IMG/VR virus record: IMGVR_UViG_3300043436_002883
Span: 1 to 64,000 of that record
Strand: one strand, 5' to 3'
Source of the DNA: a virus
Length of the DNA: 64,000 nucleotides
In this document: piece after piece, positions 1 through 10,229 of the stretch
Layout: the number at the start of each line of letters is the position of its first letter
Position numbering within the stretch: position 1 is the stretch's first letter
Made by a program: the position numbers and the translations under genes
Notes under the pieces: model-generated
The model's database searches: none
What the model was told of the DNA's origin: nothing
Seen by the model: only the letters and a program-made list of their open reading frames with translations

Positions 1-90
1 ATGGACTCTTTTAAAGAATATATATTATTCTGTAAAAGAGTCCATAGACAAATTGGTAGATGCGCTTAAATATGTTGTGAGGTACAACTC

Positions 91-540
91 GTGAAAAACA
101 AAATAATCATATCGTTATTTGTAGTAGTTTCTTTTGCATTTACGATACAAGCGTTCGGAGTAAAGCCTTCTTGCATAAATCTATATGTAGACTATGGATC
201 TCTTGCCAAACAAAATAAATTTAACGAATGCATAGAGCAAGACAATATAAATGCATTAGATTTTATAAAACAATCTGGATACAGTACAGAGGGAACCGTT
301 AAATACGGAGATGCAGTATTATGTAGGTTAAACAATCTTCCTTCAAGCAAAGAGGAATCTTGTAGTGAGATGCCTCCTGAAGATGCATACTGGGCAGTAA
401 TTATAAAAAAGAAACAGGTTCTTCTTTTCCCAAGAAATGAGTGGGGCTGGGCAGAAAAAGCAATTAATGAAACAACTTTGTACGCTGGTGACAGTATAGG
501 GTTGGTTTTTTCAAGTGATGGAGAATTGAGATGGCCTTAA
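91..540 (+). CDS. Secreted protein, possible DUF4430/transcobalamin-C-like (B12-binding) domain
   Basis: Signal-peptide-like N-terminus; CRLNNLP...YW...WGWA...GDSIGLVF pattern resembles actinobacterial beta-grasp proteins found near cobalamin uptake genes; lies just upstream of pduO. Confidence 0.4.
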   Translation: MKNKIIISLFVVVSFAFTIQAFGVKPSCINLYVDYGSLAKQNKFNECIEQDNINALDFIKQSGYSTEGTVKYGDAVLCRLNNLPSSKEESCSEMPPEDAYWAVIIKKKQVLLFPRNEWGWAEKAINETTLYAGDSIGLVFSSDGELRWP

Positions 541-677
541 ATTTATTGGATAAGCCAAATAAAACAAAAAACAAAATATCGATAGAGTATGCAATTCAGC
601 TAGCAGTTACGTTATTCATAATGTATATTGTTAATAAAATTGGAATTGATATTTGGAGAGCGATAAAGGGACACTGA
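531..677 (+). CDS. Small membrane protein (48 aa, not in ORF track)
   Basis: ATG 531 to TGA 677; one hydrophobic segment; TGATG overlap with the next gene. Confidence 0.55.
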   Translation: MALNLLDKPNKTKNKISIEYAIQLAVTLFIMYIVNKIGIDIWRAIKGH

Positions 678-1174
678 TGGTAATACTAAGTAAGATTTAT
701 ACCAAAACAGGTGATGATGGCCAAACGTCTAATGCCAACAACGATAGAGTTTCTAAGGCTAGCCCTATTATGGAAGCCATCGGCGCTGTAGATGAGGCTA
801 ACTCTGCTATTGGAATGGCAATCGATGAATATAATGACATTATCGAAAGAGTTCAAAGCGACCTATTTGACCTTGGCGCAGAGCTTGCAGGTGCCGAAAC
901 AATAAAAATATCTGAAAATAGGATTATATATTTAGAGAATGTAATTGATGACTATAATGAATACCTAGAGCCACTTAGATCTTTTGTTTTGCCTACTGGA
1001 GCATTGCATAATGCAAGAACTATCGTTAGAAGAGCAGAGCGTGAAGTTTGGAAAATAAAAAATATTAATCCAAACATTGCTAAATATTTAAATCGTCTAT
1101 CAGACCTACTGTTTGTTATGGCTAGATATCACAACAAAGGAAAAGAAAAAATGTGGGTGCCAAACAATGGGTAG
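677..1174 (+). CDS. pduO: ATP:cob(I)alamin adenosyltransferase, PduO type
   Basis: KIYTKTGDDGQT, GAVDEANSAIG, QSDLFDLGAEL, ARTIVRRAER and YLNRLSDLLFVMAR motifs; start moved to ATG 677. Confidence 0.93.
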   Translation: MVILSKIYTKTGDDGQTSNANNDRVSKASPIMEAIGAVDEANSAIGMAIDEYNDIIERVQSDLFDLGAELAGAETIKISENRIIYLENVIDDYNEYLEPLRSFVLPTGALHNARTIVRRAEREVWKIKNINPNIAKYLNRLSDLLFVMARYHNKGKEKMWVPNNG

Positions 1175-1958
1175 AGATATAGTAAAGAACCTTAAGTTTA
1201 AGAAGCATACTGGCAAGCACTTCGACCCAGAACTATTTGCACAGTTGCTTGATGAGTCGTATCGAAATACTAAACGTGCAGATGGCGAGATGACAAAGAA
1301 GTCATTTAGCCCAAGTTCGCTGGGATACGGTCATGGAACCTGCCCAAGATATTGGTATATGGCTTTCTCTGGAGCAATGTTTATTGATGATAACGATGCA
1401 GTTGCAGTTGCTAATATGGCACAAGGCACACAGGCACACGAAAGACTACAAAAACTTATTTCATCTATGCCACAGTTTAAGGCAGAAGAAGAAGAGATTC
1501 TTAACGAGTATCCACCAATTAGAGGATTTATAGACCTTATTATGGAGTACGATGGTGAAACCGTAATCGGTGAAATCAAGACGGCTAAGCAAGAAGTGTG
1601 GGATACAAGACAGTCTGAGATGAAACCTACAGCTAACCATATGCTTCAATTGCTAACATACATGAAGCTAAAGAATGCTAAAGAAGGTTTCTTTCTATAT
1701 GAGAATAAAAACACACAGGAGATCCTTGTCATTCCAATTTCAATGAATGAAAAGAATACTAAAATAATTGAAGATACCTTTACTTGGATGTGTGAGGTTT
1801 GGGATAACTTTAAAGATGGTGACCTTCCAATGCGCCCTGCAGGTGCTTCAAAATCAAAGATGCCTTGCACATACTGCCCAGTTAAAAAAGAATGCTATTC
1901 AAAAGAAACACCTTTAGGCACTGTTCAAATTGAAAAGTTTGAGGTTCCTCTTGTATGA
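1167..1958 (+). CDS. Cas4-like PD-(D/E)XK exonuclease (stand-alone)
   Basis: CPRYW, GFIDLI..EIKT, QLLTYM and C-terminal CTYCPVKKEC Fe-S cysteines. Confidence 0.85.
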   Translation: MGRDIVKNLKFKKHTGKHFDPELFAQLLDESYRNTKRADGEMTKKSFSPSSLGYGHGTCPRYWYMAFSGAMFIDDNDAVAVANMAQGTQAHERLQKLISSMPQFKAEEEEILNEYPPIRGFIDLIMEYDGETVIGEIKTAKQEVWDTRQSEMKPTANHMLQLLTYMKLKNAKEGFFLYENKNTQEILVIPISMNEKNTKIIEDTFTWMCEVWDNFKDGDLPMRPAGASKSKMPCTYCPVKKECYSKETPLGTVQIEKFEVPLV

Positions 1959-2233
1959 TTTGCGAAAATAAGGAGTGTAAGAAAAAGTTTACACCCAAGA
2001 CACATAATCAAAAGTATTGCAAGGATGAGTGCTGTAGAATTGCAACTAATAAAAGAATTATGGAAAAGTACTATGAGAAAAAAGCAATTAAAAATGGGGC
2101 TGAGAGGCTTTGCAAAAAATGCAACATACAATTAAGCAGGTATAATAAGAATAACATATGCTCATCTTGTGAAAAGAATATAAATACAGGGAATGTTAAT
2201 TCTATTTTAAAGAGGATAAATGACGTTAGCTAG
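1955..2233 (+). CDS. Cys-rich zinc-finger hypothetical protein
   Basis: Several CxxC/CxxxxC pairs; overlapping start and stop codons with neighbours. Confidence 0.65.
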   Translation: MICENKECKKKFTPKTHNQKYCKDECCRIATNKRIMEKYYEKKAIKNGAERLCKKCNIQLSRYNKNNICSSCEKNINTGNVNSILKRINDVS

Positions 2234-2786
2234 CTTAAAAAAGATACAGGCCAATAGAGTCTTGGGGATAGATGCATCCACCAACTCTATTGCCTTTTGC
2301 CTTATGGAAAATGACATTCCTTTGAAGTGGGGAAAGATAGACCTAGTTGGGCAAGATATTTATGAGAAAATATATAACGCTAAATTAAGAATGAATATGA
2401 TGCTTAAAGAATTAAAAAGTGATTATATTGCAGTAGAAGGTGCCATACTTGTCAGATCACCCGATGCTGTGATAAAATTGTCTTATGTCTATGGAGTTGT
2501 TATTGCTGAGCTTATGTCTACTGGTTCTAAGGTTATTACTATTAGCCCATCCTCGTGGCAGGCGCACATTGGCAACAAAAATCCTACGAAAGATGAAAAG
2601 TCTGCAATAAGATTAGCCAACCCAGGATATGCAGATTCCTGGTATAAGAATCAGTTACGCAATATGAGAAAGCAGAGAACTGCTGACTACTTTAATAGAA
2701 AGTATAATTTAAATGTGGTGGATTTTGATGTTGCAGATAGCTTTGGTATTGCACATTATGCTAACAAAGTACTAACTGAAAGATGA
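2220..2786 (+). CDS. RuvC-like Holliday junction resolvase
   Basis: VLGIDAST, IAVEG and DVADSFGIA RNase H-fold acidic motifs. Confidence 0.85.
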   Translation: MTLASLKKIQANRVLGIDASTNSIAFCLMENDIPLKWGKIDLVGQDIYEKIYNAKLRMNMMLKELKSDYIAVEGAILVRSPDAVIKLSYVYGVVIAELMSTGSKVITISPSSWQAHIGNKNPTKDEKSAIRLANPGYADSWYKNQLRNMRKQRTADYFNRKYNLNVVDFDVADSFGIAHYANKVLTER

Positions 2787-2929
2787 AGTATTATCAAAGC
2801 AAAGACTGGCTATATAGAAGATATATAATTCAAAAGAAAACTGTTACAGAAATAGGAAAAGAATGCGGAGTTTCTGCAATGACTATACAAAGGTACCTAG
2901 ACCAGTTTGGATTAATTAAAAAGCGATGA
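2783..2929 (+). CDS. Small HTH DNA-binding protein (48 aa, not in ORF track)
   Basis: MKYYQSKDWLYRRYIIQKKTVTEIGKECGVSAMTIQRYLDQFGLIKKR; ATGA overlaps at both ends. Confidence 0.75.
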   Translation: MKYYQSKDWLYRRYIIQKKTVTEIGKECGVSAMTIQRYLDQFGLIKKR

Positions 2930-3675
2930 ATACTATTAACCCATCATCACAATCGATTACATTTTCTAAAGCATTAGATTCGTTCTACGTTTATACTGGA
3001 GACTCCACAGATAGGTATGTTCAAGCAACATGCAGGAACAGCGGGCATTGGGATATAGAGCTTACGCAATGGATGATAACCAATATACAGCCAGGGTGGA
3101 CTTGTCTTGATGTAGGCGCAAACATATTTTACTTTACAGAAGTGATGGCAAGAACTGTGGGCAATCTTGGGTCGGTGTTGGCTTTTGAACCAATCACTAG
3201 ACTTTGTAGATCATACGAAACATCTAGAACCTTTAATGAATACTCAGATGCTGGAAAAATAGAGGTATTTAATATTGCCTTGTCTAACAAAAAAGATAAT
3301 TTAGTTCTAAATATATGGGAAGAAAACATAGGCGGATCGGGAATTGTAAATCAACACCAGTCTGGTAATCATGGTCAACATGGTAATTTTCATACAGAAG
3401 AAATTTTTGCTGATAGATTAGATTCAATATATAATGGCAAAATTGATTTTATTAAGATGGATGTAGAAGGACATGAGCGGTTTGTATTTGAAGGCTTTTC
3501 TGAAGAAGCGTGGAAATGTCCATTACTTGTTGTTGAGCTAGGGGCTGGACAACCAGATGAATTTTTAGTAGAATTAAATGATAAATATACAATGGAATTT
3601 TTAAATGGGGAAGCGGCCACATTTGAAAGAATTAAACAGCATGATGTCGTAAACGTCTTGCTTAGGAGAAAATAA
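2926..3675 (+). CDS. FkbM-family SAM methyltransferase
   Basis: LDVGANI, VLAFEP and FIKMDVEGHE motifs. Confidence 0.9.
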   Translation: MNTINPSSQSITFSKALDSFYVYTGDSTDRYVQATCRNSGHWDIELTQWMITNIQPGWTCLDVGANIFYFTEVMARTVGNLGSVLAFEPITRLCRSYETSRTFNEYSDAGKIEVFNIALSNKKDNLVLNIWEENIGGSGIVNQHQSGNHGQHGNFHTEEIFADRLDSIYNGKIDFIKMDVEGHERFVFEGFSEEAWKCPLLVVELGAGQPDEFLVELNDKYTMEFLNGEAATFERIKQHDVVNVLLRRK

Positions 3676-4007
3676 TGGCGGGATATCCAGAAAAAGATAA
3701 TGGCTATCAGATGTGGATTACAGATCTACAGCTTATGGCAACAGATGCTCCTTCAGGGCATAAAATTATTAGACAGTGTCTTGAGATTGCACAGATGCTA
3801 ATTGAAAAGAATATATCATATGGAGACTCAGCACTTAGTCCAATTCGTATATTTTCCCAGGCGGACAATCAAGAGCAGATTAAAATCCGCATTGATGATA
3901 AGATAAATAGAATTAAGAATGGATCTGGCTTCGCTGGAGATAATGATATTGATGACATGATTGGATACTTAATCCTTTTAAAGATTGCAAAGGCTAATTC
4001 CAATTGA
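3675..4007 (+). CDS. Hypothetical protein, DUF1599-like (nucleotide-modification-associated)
   Basis: KNISYGDS...IRIDDKINRI...DMIGYLIL pattern. Confidence 0.6.
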   Translation: MAGYPEKDNGYQMWITDLQLMATDAPSGHKIIRQCLEIAQMLIEKNISYGDSALSPIRIFSQADNQEQIKIRIDDKINRIKNGSGFAGDNDIDDMIGYLILLKIAKANSN

Positions 4008-4032
4008 CATTTTAGTCGACTAGAAGTATACT
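4004..4032 (+). promoter_or_regulatory. SigA-type promoter giving a leaderless transcript
   Basis: TTGACA-N17-TATACT with ATG 6 nt downstream; TAGTCGACTA palindrome in the spacer. Confidence 0.7.
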
Positions 4033-4038
4033 GTATTA

Positions 4039-4575
4039 ATGAGCGAAATAGAATTATCACAGCATTTTGACAGAATGAATAGGGTAGTTGAAGAACTCCT
4101 TAAAGGAAGTACGCCTACTCAGATCGCTACAATTACAGGTATCCAGCGCAAAGAAGTTATTGAATTAATTGACGACTGGAAAGACGTTGTGCATAACGAT
4201 AGCAACATCAGAGATCGTGCTAGAGAAGCTATTTCAGGGGCGGATCAACATTATGCAATGCTTATCAAAGAAGCTTGGAAAACGGTAGAAGATGCAGATC
4301 AATCTGGCCAGCTAGGAATTAAGTCTGGCGCATTAAAGCTTATTGCTGATATAGAAACTAAAAGAATTGCAATGCTGCAGTCTATTGGCGTATTAGAAAA
4401 TAATGAAATTGCCGCACAAATTGCAGAGACAGAAAGAAAACAAGATATCCTTGTTAGGATTTTAAAAGAGACCACTTCAACATGCCCTAAGTGTAAGATG
4501 GAAGTTGCAAAAAGATTGTCTCAAATAACTGGAGTGGTTGAATCAGTTCCAGTAGAGGAAGCCAATGTCGTTTGA
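4039..4575 (+). CDS. Probable terminase small subunit
   Basis: N-terminal HTH-like segment followed by helical region; overlaps the start of the large terminase. Confidence 0.55.
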   Translation: MSEIELSQHFDRMNRVVEELLKGSTPTQIATITGIQRKEVIELIDDWKDVVHNDSNIRDRAREAISGADQHYAMLIKEAWKTVEDADQSGQLGIKSGALKLIADIETKRIAMLQSIGVLENNEIAAQIAETERKQDILVRILKETTSTCPKCKMEVAKRLSQITGVVESVPVEEANVV

Positions 4576-6367
4576 GTTTACCGATCTTATCGATATGCTC
4601 GATGGAGAGGAGTTTGATGAAAAACCAGTCGATCTTAAAACGTTTGTTAGAAGTCCAGAATACCTTGGGCTTCCAGAACTTTCAGACTATCAATACACGC
4701 TTATCGAAAAAAGCTCCCAGATTTATAAAGAGTCAACGCTCATCAAGCTTTTTGGAGAAGAAGAGGGAAGAATAAGGTTTAAGCAAACTGCTAATGAAGT
4801 TGTTGCTCAGTTAGGAAAAGGATCTGGAAAAGACTACTGTTCAACTATTGCGGTATCATATATAGTATATTTACTATTGTGCCTTAAAGATCCAGCAACA
4901 TATTATGGAAAGCCCCCAGGCGATAGCATTGATATTATTAACATTGCTATCAACTCTCAACAGGCAAGCAACGTTTTTTTTAAAGGATTTAAAACACGCA
5001 TTGACAAATCCCCTTGGTTTGCTGGAAAATATAATGACAAAGCTTCGGAAGTTAAATTTGATAAAGCTATTACAGTACACTCAGGTCACTCAGAACGTGA
5101 GGCATGGGAAGGATATAACGTAATCGTAGTTATCCTTGATGAGATTTCAGGATTTGCAATTGACAATACAACAGGCCATGAGCAGGCAAAGACAGGCGCA
5201 GCTATATACGATATGTACCGTGCATCCGTAGATTCTCGTTTTCCAGACTTTGGCAAAGTAATTTTGCTTTCATTCCCTAGATATAAGAACGACTATATAC
5301 AGCAAAGATATGATGCCGTAGTAGCACAAAAAGAAACCATTGTTCGTGATCATAAATTTAAAATGGATGAAGACCTTCCAGATAATACACAGGGAAATGA
5401 ATTTAGTGTTGAGTGGGAAGAAGACCACATATTGTCTTATAAAATTCCAAAAGTCTACGCACTTAAGAGACCGACCTGGGAAATAAATCCAGTAAGAAAA
5501 ATTGATGATTTTAAGGTTGCATTTTTTACTAACCCTCTTGATGCTCTATCACGTTTTGCATGCATGCCACCAGATGCAGTTGATGCATTTTTTAAATCAA
5601 GAGAAAAGGTTGAGAAAGCTTTTAATAAAGCACACCTTGCAGTAGATAATTTTGGCAGACTTGAAGAGTGGTTTATTCCAGATCCAGATAAAGAATATTT
5701 TATTCACGTAGACTTAGCGCAAAAGCATGACCATTGTGCAGTAGCAATGGGCCATGTAAACAAGTGGGTAAACGTTAAAGTCACCGATAGCTATTCACAA
5801 CCAGCCCCTGTTGTTGAAATAGATGCAGTCAGGTTTTGGACACCAACAAAAGACAAGTCTGTAGATTTTACTGAAGTAAAAGATTACATTCTTTCTTTAA
5901 AGACACGAGGATTTAAAATTCGTGTATGTACTTTTGACAGATGGAACTCTCATGATATGATGCAACAACTAAAACAATACGGCATCAATACAGAGATTCT
6001 ATCTGTCGCTAAAAAGCATTATGATGATATGGCAATGATTGTGGCAGAAGAAAGACTTTCTGGGCCTCACATACAGTTACTTATAGACGAGTTGCTTCAG
6101 CTTAAAATAATGAGAGACAGGGTTGACCACCCAAGAAAAGGCTCAAAAGACTTGGCGGATGCAGTTTGTGGTGCTATTTACAATGCAATTAGCAGAAGTA
6201 AATTTGATACAAATCAAGAAATAGATATACATACTTATGAATCTATGAGCTACGACAATGATTTTGGAACAGAAAATGATGGCGAAACAAACTCATATAA
6301 TCTAATAAGGGCACCAAGAATGCCAGGAAATTTACGAGACGCAATGGATAGGATGCAAATAATATGA
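4565..6367 (+). CDS. terL: Terminase large subunit
   Basis: Walker A GKGSGKD, Walker B VVILDE, nuclease motifs HVDLA, TFDRWNS and KDLADA. Confidence 0.9.
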   Translation: MSFEFTDLIDMLDGEEFDEKPVDLKTFVRSPEYLGLPELSDYQYTLIEKSSQIYKESTLIKLFGEEEGRIRFKQTANEVVAQLGKGSGKDYCSTIAVSYIVYLLLCLKDPATYYGKPPGDSIDIINIAINSQQASNVFFKGFKTRIDKSPWFAGKYNDKASEVKFDKAITVHSGHSEREAWEGYNVIVVILDEISGFAIDNTTGHEQAKTGAAIYDMYRASVDSRFPDFGKVILLSFPRYKNDYIQQRYDAVVAQKETIVRDHKFKMDEDLPDNTQGNEFSVEWEEDHILSYKIPKVYALKRPTWEINPVRKIDDFKVAFFTNPLDALSRFACMPPDAVDAFFKSREKVEKAFNKAHLAVDNFGRLEEWFIPDPDKEYFIHVDLAQKHDHCAVAMGHVNKWVNVKVTDSYSQPAPVVEIDAVRFWTPTKDKSVDFTEVKDYILSLKTRGFKIRVCTFDRWNSHDMMQQLKQYGINTEILSVAKKHYDDMAMIVAEERLSGPHIQLLIDELLQLKIMRDRVDHPRKGSKDLADAVCGAIYNAISRSKFDTNQEIDIHTYESMSYDNDFGTENDGETNSYNLIRAPRMPGNLRDAMDRMQII

Positions 6368-6594
6368 GTACGTATCAAGAAAAAGCAAAAGAATGTAAAT
6401 GCTGTGGCAAGCATGTTCCGCTTCCTACAGTATTAAAAGAATACAACGGGGTGACCTTGTGCCCGACTACATTTGCCAATGTTGTTGAATATAAAAGAAT
6501 TTGGAACCTGGCGGGCTCAAGACCAATGGGCAACGTTAGAAAGCATTTTTCTGAGTACGTTCAGCAGATAGTAGAGTCCACAATAAATGATTAA
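6364..6594 (+). CDS. Hypothetical protein
   Basis: Overlaps terL stop; CKCC motif. Confidence 0.6.
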   Translation: MSTYQEKAKECKCCGKHVPLPTVLKEYNGVTLCPTTFANVVEYKRIWNLAGSRPMGNVRKHFSEYVQQIVESTIND

Positions 6595-6678
6595 AACAAT
6601 TTTTTATAATGTTTATATATATTTTTATAGAAAAAAAAGCAAAAGAAATATTAAAAAAAGAGGGGACTATATTTACTG

Positions 6679-7695
6679 ATGTCTGAAGAAAGCAGATTCT
6701 TTAACTCATTACTTGGTAATGATAAATTTGTTTATAATAGCAATCAAAAAAATAATTTTTTATATCCTACTTTGCAAAACTTGTCTGTCCCTCATTCTGG
6801 TAGACCACGTCTTTGGGGCCCAGATCAAGGAGAGCATTACATAGAAAATTCAAAAAAATGTTTTTATAAAGATCACCCAGACTATAGCTTGTTTAATCAA
6901 GAAAAGTATACATTTAACAGACAATGGTATAGGGGAGAAGATTTTATTAGCGGTAGCCCAGCCGAAGTTGTTGTTGCGGGATGTTCGCAAACTTGGGGTA
7001 CTGGGTTACCAGATAGTTTAATCTGGCCTAATTTATTAAAAGAAAAGTTAAATGCAAAAAGTTTAAACAATTTAGGGCAACCAGGCAAATCTTTAAGAGG
7101 TGTTGTAGAAATAATTTTTGCTTATTTTAAAGAAGTTGGTCACCCAAAAAACTTATTTATTCTTTTGCCTCCACTACATAGATTTAGGACGGCAAGGACT
7201 CCTAATTTTATGCATTCAAATCAAGTTCACAGCCATAACGATATATTAGTTGATGCAAATGTTTATAGAAATAACAACAGCAAATTTTTTAAGATTCCAT
7301 TAAATTTGCAAGAGGTTTTAACAGAAGAAATTGCATATGATCAATCACTTTCTTATTTAAGAGTTTTAGAACAATATTGTAAAAACTTTGATATTAATTT
7401 AAAGTACACAGTTTGGTACCCAGATGACAAAGACCTATTTGATGATATTAGTAATAAAAATGGTTATTATGAAAACTATGTTTCAATTGATTGTGCATGG
7501 TTTAATGAAAGATTTTTTGAAGGGGAGCACCCCAGCTGCCATGAAGATATGGCAAATGATGTAAGGTATAGAATGTTTTGGAAAATAGCAAATGATTATC
7601 TTTTTCATGAAAATGCCCACATAGGTGCTCACGCAAGCATTCACATTGCAGAAAAGTTTTATGAGGAGGTTTTTAATGGATCAACACGGAACTAA
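6679..7695 (+). CDS. SGNH/GDSL-like hypothetical protein (paralog 1)
   Basis: GCSQTWG block I, NNLGQPG block II and C-terminal HIG. Confidence 0.6.
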   Translation: MSEESRFFNSLLGNDKFVYNSNQKNNFLYPTLQNLSVPHSGRPRLWGPDQGEHYIENSKKCFYKDHPDYSLFNQEKYTFNRQWYRGEDFISGSPAEVVVAGCSQTWGTGLPDSLIWPNLLKEKLNAKSLNNLGQPGKSLRGVVEIIFAYFKEVGHPKNLFILLPPLHRFRTARTPNFMHSNQVHSHNDILVDANVYRNNNSKFFKIPLNLQEVLTEEIAYDQSLSYLRVLEQYCKNFDINLKYTVWYPDDKDLFDDISNKNGYYENYVSIDCAWFNERFFEGEHPSCHEDMANDVRYRMFWKIANDYLFHENAHIGAHASIHIAEKFYEEVFNGSTRN

Positions 7696-8674
7696 AAAAT
7701 ATTTTGATTGGTACATGGGTTTAAACGAAAAGACATCAAGAGTTATTTGCTCTAACAAAATAGAAGATCAAATATATGTAAATAGATTTCCGAGGGAATC
7801 AAAGATTTTAAATAATTGGAGTCATTTGGGAGTTGATACCTCTATAAATAAATATGGTTTTAGAGATAAAGATTTTTTTGAAAAGGCAGATTTATTAATT
7901 AATGGGTGCTCTCAAACATGGGGTACAGCATTGCCAGAAAAGTATAGATTTTCTAACATAATACAGGAAAGCTTTTCAGGGACTGTTCATAATATTGGTT
8001 ATGAGGGTAATTCGGTAGGCTCAGTTATTAGATCAACATTTGCTTACATTAAAAAATTTGGAAACCCTAAATACATATATTTAATGTTGCCTCCATTTGA
8101 AAGAATAGAGTTTATACCTGACAAAAATACTTTTACTAAGTCAGACTGGCTCGCATCCTATAAAGAGTTTCAAAAAGAAGGTGTAGAGGATATTGATTTT
8201 TCTCCAATACAAATTACTACTGTTGATATACATACCCCTATTTATGCAAAAGCTCCATTTTATATAGAAGATGTTATGAATCCACAATCAGCATTTTTTT
8301 TAAATATGCAAATGCTTTTAATGCTAGAGCAATATTGCGATGTTGCAGGTATTAAGTTTATGTGGTCAGCCTGGAATAACTCATACAGAATATCTGATTA
8401 TATATTTAATATGCAAAATAATTTAAATGAGCACAAAAATTATTTTCATATACCAGTATGGGACTGGGAACTTAATGATGAAAAAATAGACATACTAGAC
8501 ACAGCAGATTGTCATAAAGATTTAGAGAGAGAAGACCAAATATTTTTTAATCATGCAATGGATATTGGAAAAAGAAAAACAGAAACACCGCATTGGGGAT
8601 CTCATAGAAATAGACATATAGCAGAAAAGATTTTGCATGAAATGAAAAATAGATCATATGAAGGGCTACTATGA
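7676..8674 (+). CDS. SGNH/GDSL-like hypothetical protein (paralog 2)
   Basis: GCSQTWG, NIGYEG, LEQYC and PHWG; GAGGAGG RBS before ATG 7676. Confidence 0.6.
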   Translation: MDQHGTKKYFDWYMGLNEKTSRVICSNKIEDQIYVNRFPRESKILNNWSHLGVDTSINKYGFRDKDFFEKADLLINGCSQTWGTALPEKYRFSNIIQESFSGTVHNIGYEGNSVGSVIRSTFAYIKKFGNPKYIYLMLPPFERIEFIPDKNTFTKSDWLASYKEFQKEGVEDIDFSPIQITTVDIHTPIYAKAPFYIEDVMNPQSAFFLNMQMLLMLEQYCDVAGIKFMWSAWNNSYRISDYIFNMQNNLNEHKNYFHIPVWDWELNDEKIDILDTADCHKDLEREDQIFFNHAMDIGKRKTETPHWGSHRNRHIAEKILHEMKNRSYEGLL

Positions 8675-10164
8675 TTATTCTGGGTGTTAATGAAACTTCT
8701 CATGATGCCTCATTATCTTTAATTAAAGATGGAGAAATACTTTTTGCAGGTCATTCAGAAAGATATAGCAAACAAAAAAATGATTGGTATATTAATGATA
8801 GTTTAGTTAAGGACGCTTTGTCATACGGGGTACCAGATAGTATAGCTTACTATGAGAAACCGCTTCTAAAAGCCTCTAGGCTATTTATAAAGGGTGGTGC
8901 AGGAGACTGGAGGCCAAGGTTTGATTTGCCAGGAGTACCCAGAAAATCTTTCAGCCATCATTACTCACACGCATGTGCTGGATATTATACTAGCAAGTTT
9001 ACAGACGCAGTTATTGTAGTTTTAGATGCTATTGGTGAATACAATACCTCAACAATTTGGGTTGGCGAGGGAGAAAAGATTAGCCTAGTTCATAAGAATA
9101 ATTACCCATTTAGCTTTGGGCTATTCTATTCTGCATTTACAAAATTTTTGGGCCTAATGCCAAATCAAGAAGAATATATTATGATGGGCATGGCGGCTTA
9201 TGGAAACCCAGATAGATATTTTGATCAAGTAAATGAATACTTTCCTAGATATAATAGACAAAAGTATAATTTTCATACAGGCATAACAGATTTTAATTGG
9301 GGAACAACCCCTTGTTTTGCAGGATCTGAAGGCACTGGTTATATATCAGAGTGGTTTAAGCAAAGAGAATTTGATTTGGCTGCAGCCGTTCAAAAGGTAT
9401 ATGAAAAAAGACTTATTGAGTATATGCGTTATGCTAAGTTAATTACAAAGAAAACTAATTTAGTTTTTATGGGAGGTTGTGCTTTAAACAGTAAAGCAAA
9501 CACATCCCTATGGAATATATTTAAAGATGTGTGGATTATGCCAAACCCAGGTGACGCTGGTAGTTCCCTTGGTGCGGCAGCAGCACTGTATGGAAAGCAT
9601 TTAGAGTGGAAGACCCCTTACTTGGGTTATGACATGGGCGGGGTTTATCCAGTTCAAGAAATAGTTGATAGCATATTGAAGGACGGTATAGTTGCAGTTG
9701 CTTCAGGAAGAGCGGAATACGGCCCAAGAGCTTTAGGAAATAGAAGTATCTTGGCAGATCCAAGAGATCCAAATGTTAAAGATAAAGTAAATCTAATTAA
9801 ACAAAGAGAGTTATTTCGCCCATTCGCACCAGTGGTTATGGAAGAGTGTGCTTCTAAATGGTTTGACATGGACTTCGCTTCTCCATATATGCAGTATACT
9901 GTTAAGTGTTTAAAGCCAGATTTAATTCCTTCAGTTGTTCATGAAGATGGAACATCTAGAGTTCAAACAGTAAATAAAGAGCAGCACAGAGGTTTGTGGA
10001 GAGTTTTAAATAAATTTTATTTGCAAACGGGTGTACCTGTTTTATTAAATACTAGTTTAAATATAAAAGGTCAGCCATTATTAAACGACCATCAGGACGC
10101 TATTGACTGGCAGGCACATTATGGATATAATATACTAACGGGCAACAATAGCTTAGTTGGTTAA
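8671..10164 (+). CDS. Carbamoyltransferase (NodU/CmcH family)
   Basis: HDAS, HHYSHA, GGCALN, GPRALGNRS, FRPFAP and LLNTSLN motifs. Confidence 0.93.
   Translation: MIILGVNETSHDASLSLIKDGEILFAGHSERYSKQKNDWYINDSLVKDALSYGVPDSIAYYEKPLLKASRLFIKGGAGDWRPRFDLPGVPRKSFSHHYSHACAGYYTSKFTDAVIVVLDAIGEYNTSTIWVGEGEKISLVHKNNYPFSFGLFYSAFTKFLGLMPNQEEYIMMGMAAYGNPDRYFDQVNEYFPRYNRQKYNFHTGITDFNWGTTPCFAGSEGTGYISEWFKQREFDLAAAVQKVYEKRLIEYMRYAKLITKKTNLVFMGGCALNSKANTSLWNIFKDVWIMPNPGDAGSSLGAAAALYGKHLEWKTPYLGYDMGGVYPVQEIVDSILKDGIVAVASGRAEYGPRALGNRSILADPRDPNVKDKVNLIKQRELFRPFAPVVMEECASKWFDMDFASPYMQYTVKCLKPDLIPSVVHEDGTSRVQTVNKEQHRGLWRVLNKFYLQTGVPVLLNTSLNIKGQPLLNDHQDAIDWQAHYGYNILTGNNSLVG
10103..10131 (+). promoter_or_regulatory. 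SigA-type promoter for the tRNA cluster, inside the carbamoyltransferase CDS
   Basis: TTGACT-N17-TATAAT ending 10 nt before the tRNA. Confidence 0.7.
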
Positions 10165-10215
10165 AGCCCCGAACTCATAATTCGGTAATCGTAGGTTCAA
10201 GTCCTACTTGTTGCA
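10142..10215 (+). tRNA. tRNA with CAT anticodon (Met or Ile2)
   Basis: Acceptor GCAACAA/TTGTTGC; anticodon arm CCGAA-CTCATAA-TTCGG; T arm GTAGG-TTCAAGT-CCTAC; no encoded CCA. Confidence 0.9.
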
Positions 10216-10229
10216 CATAAGGAGAAACA

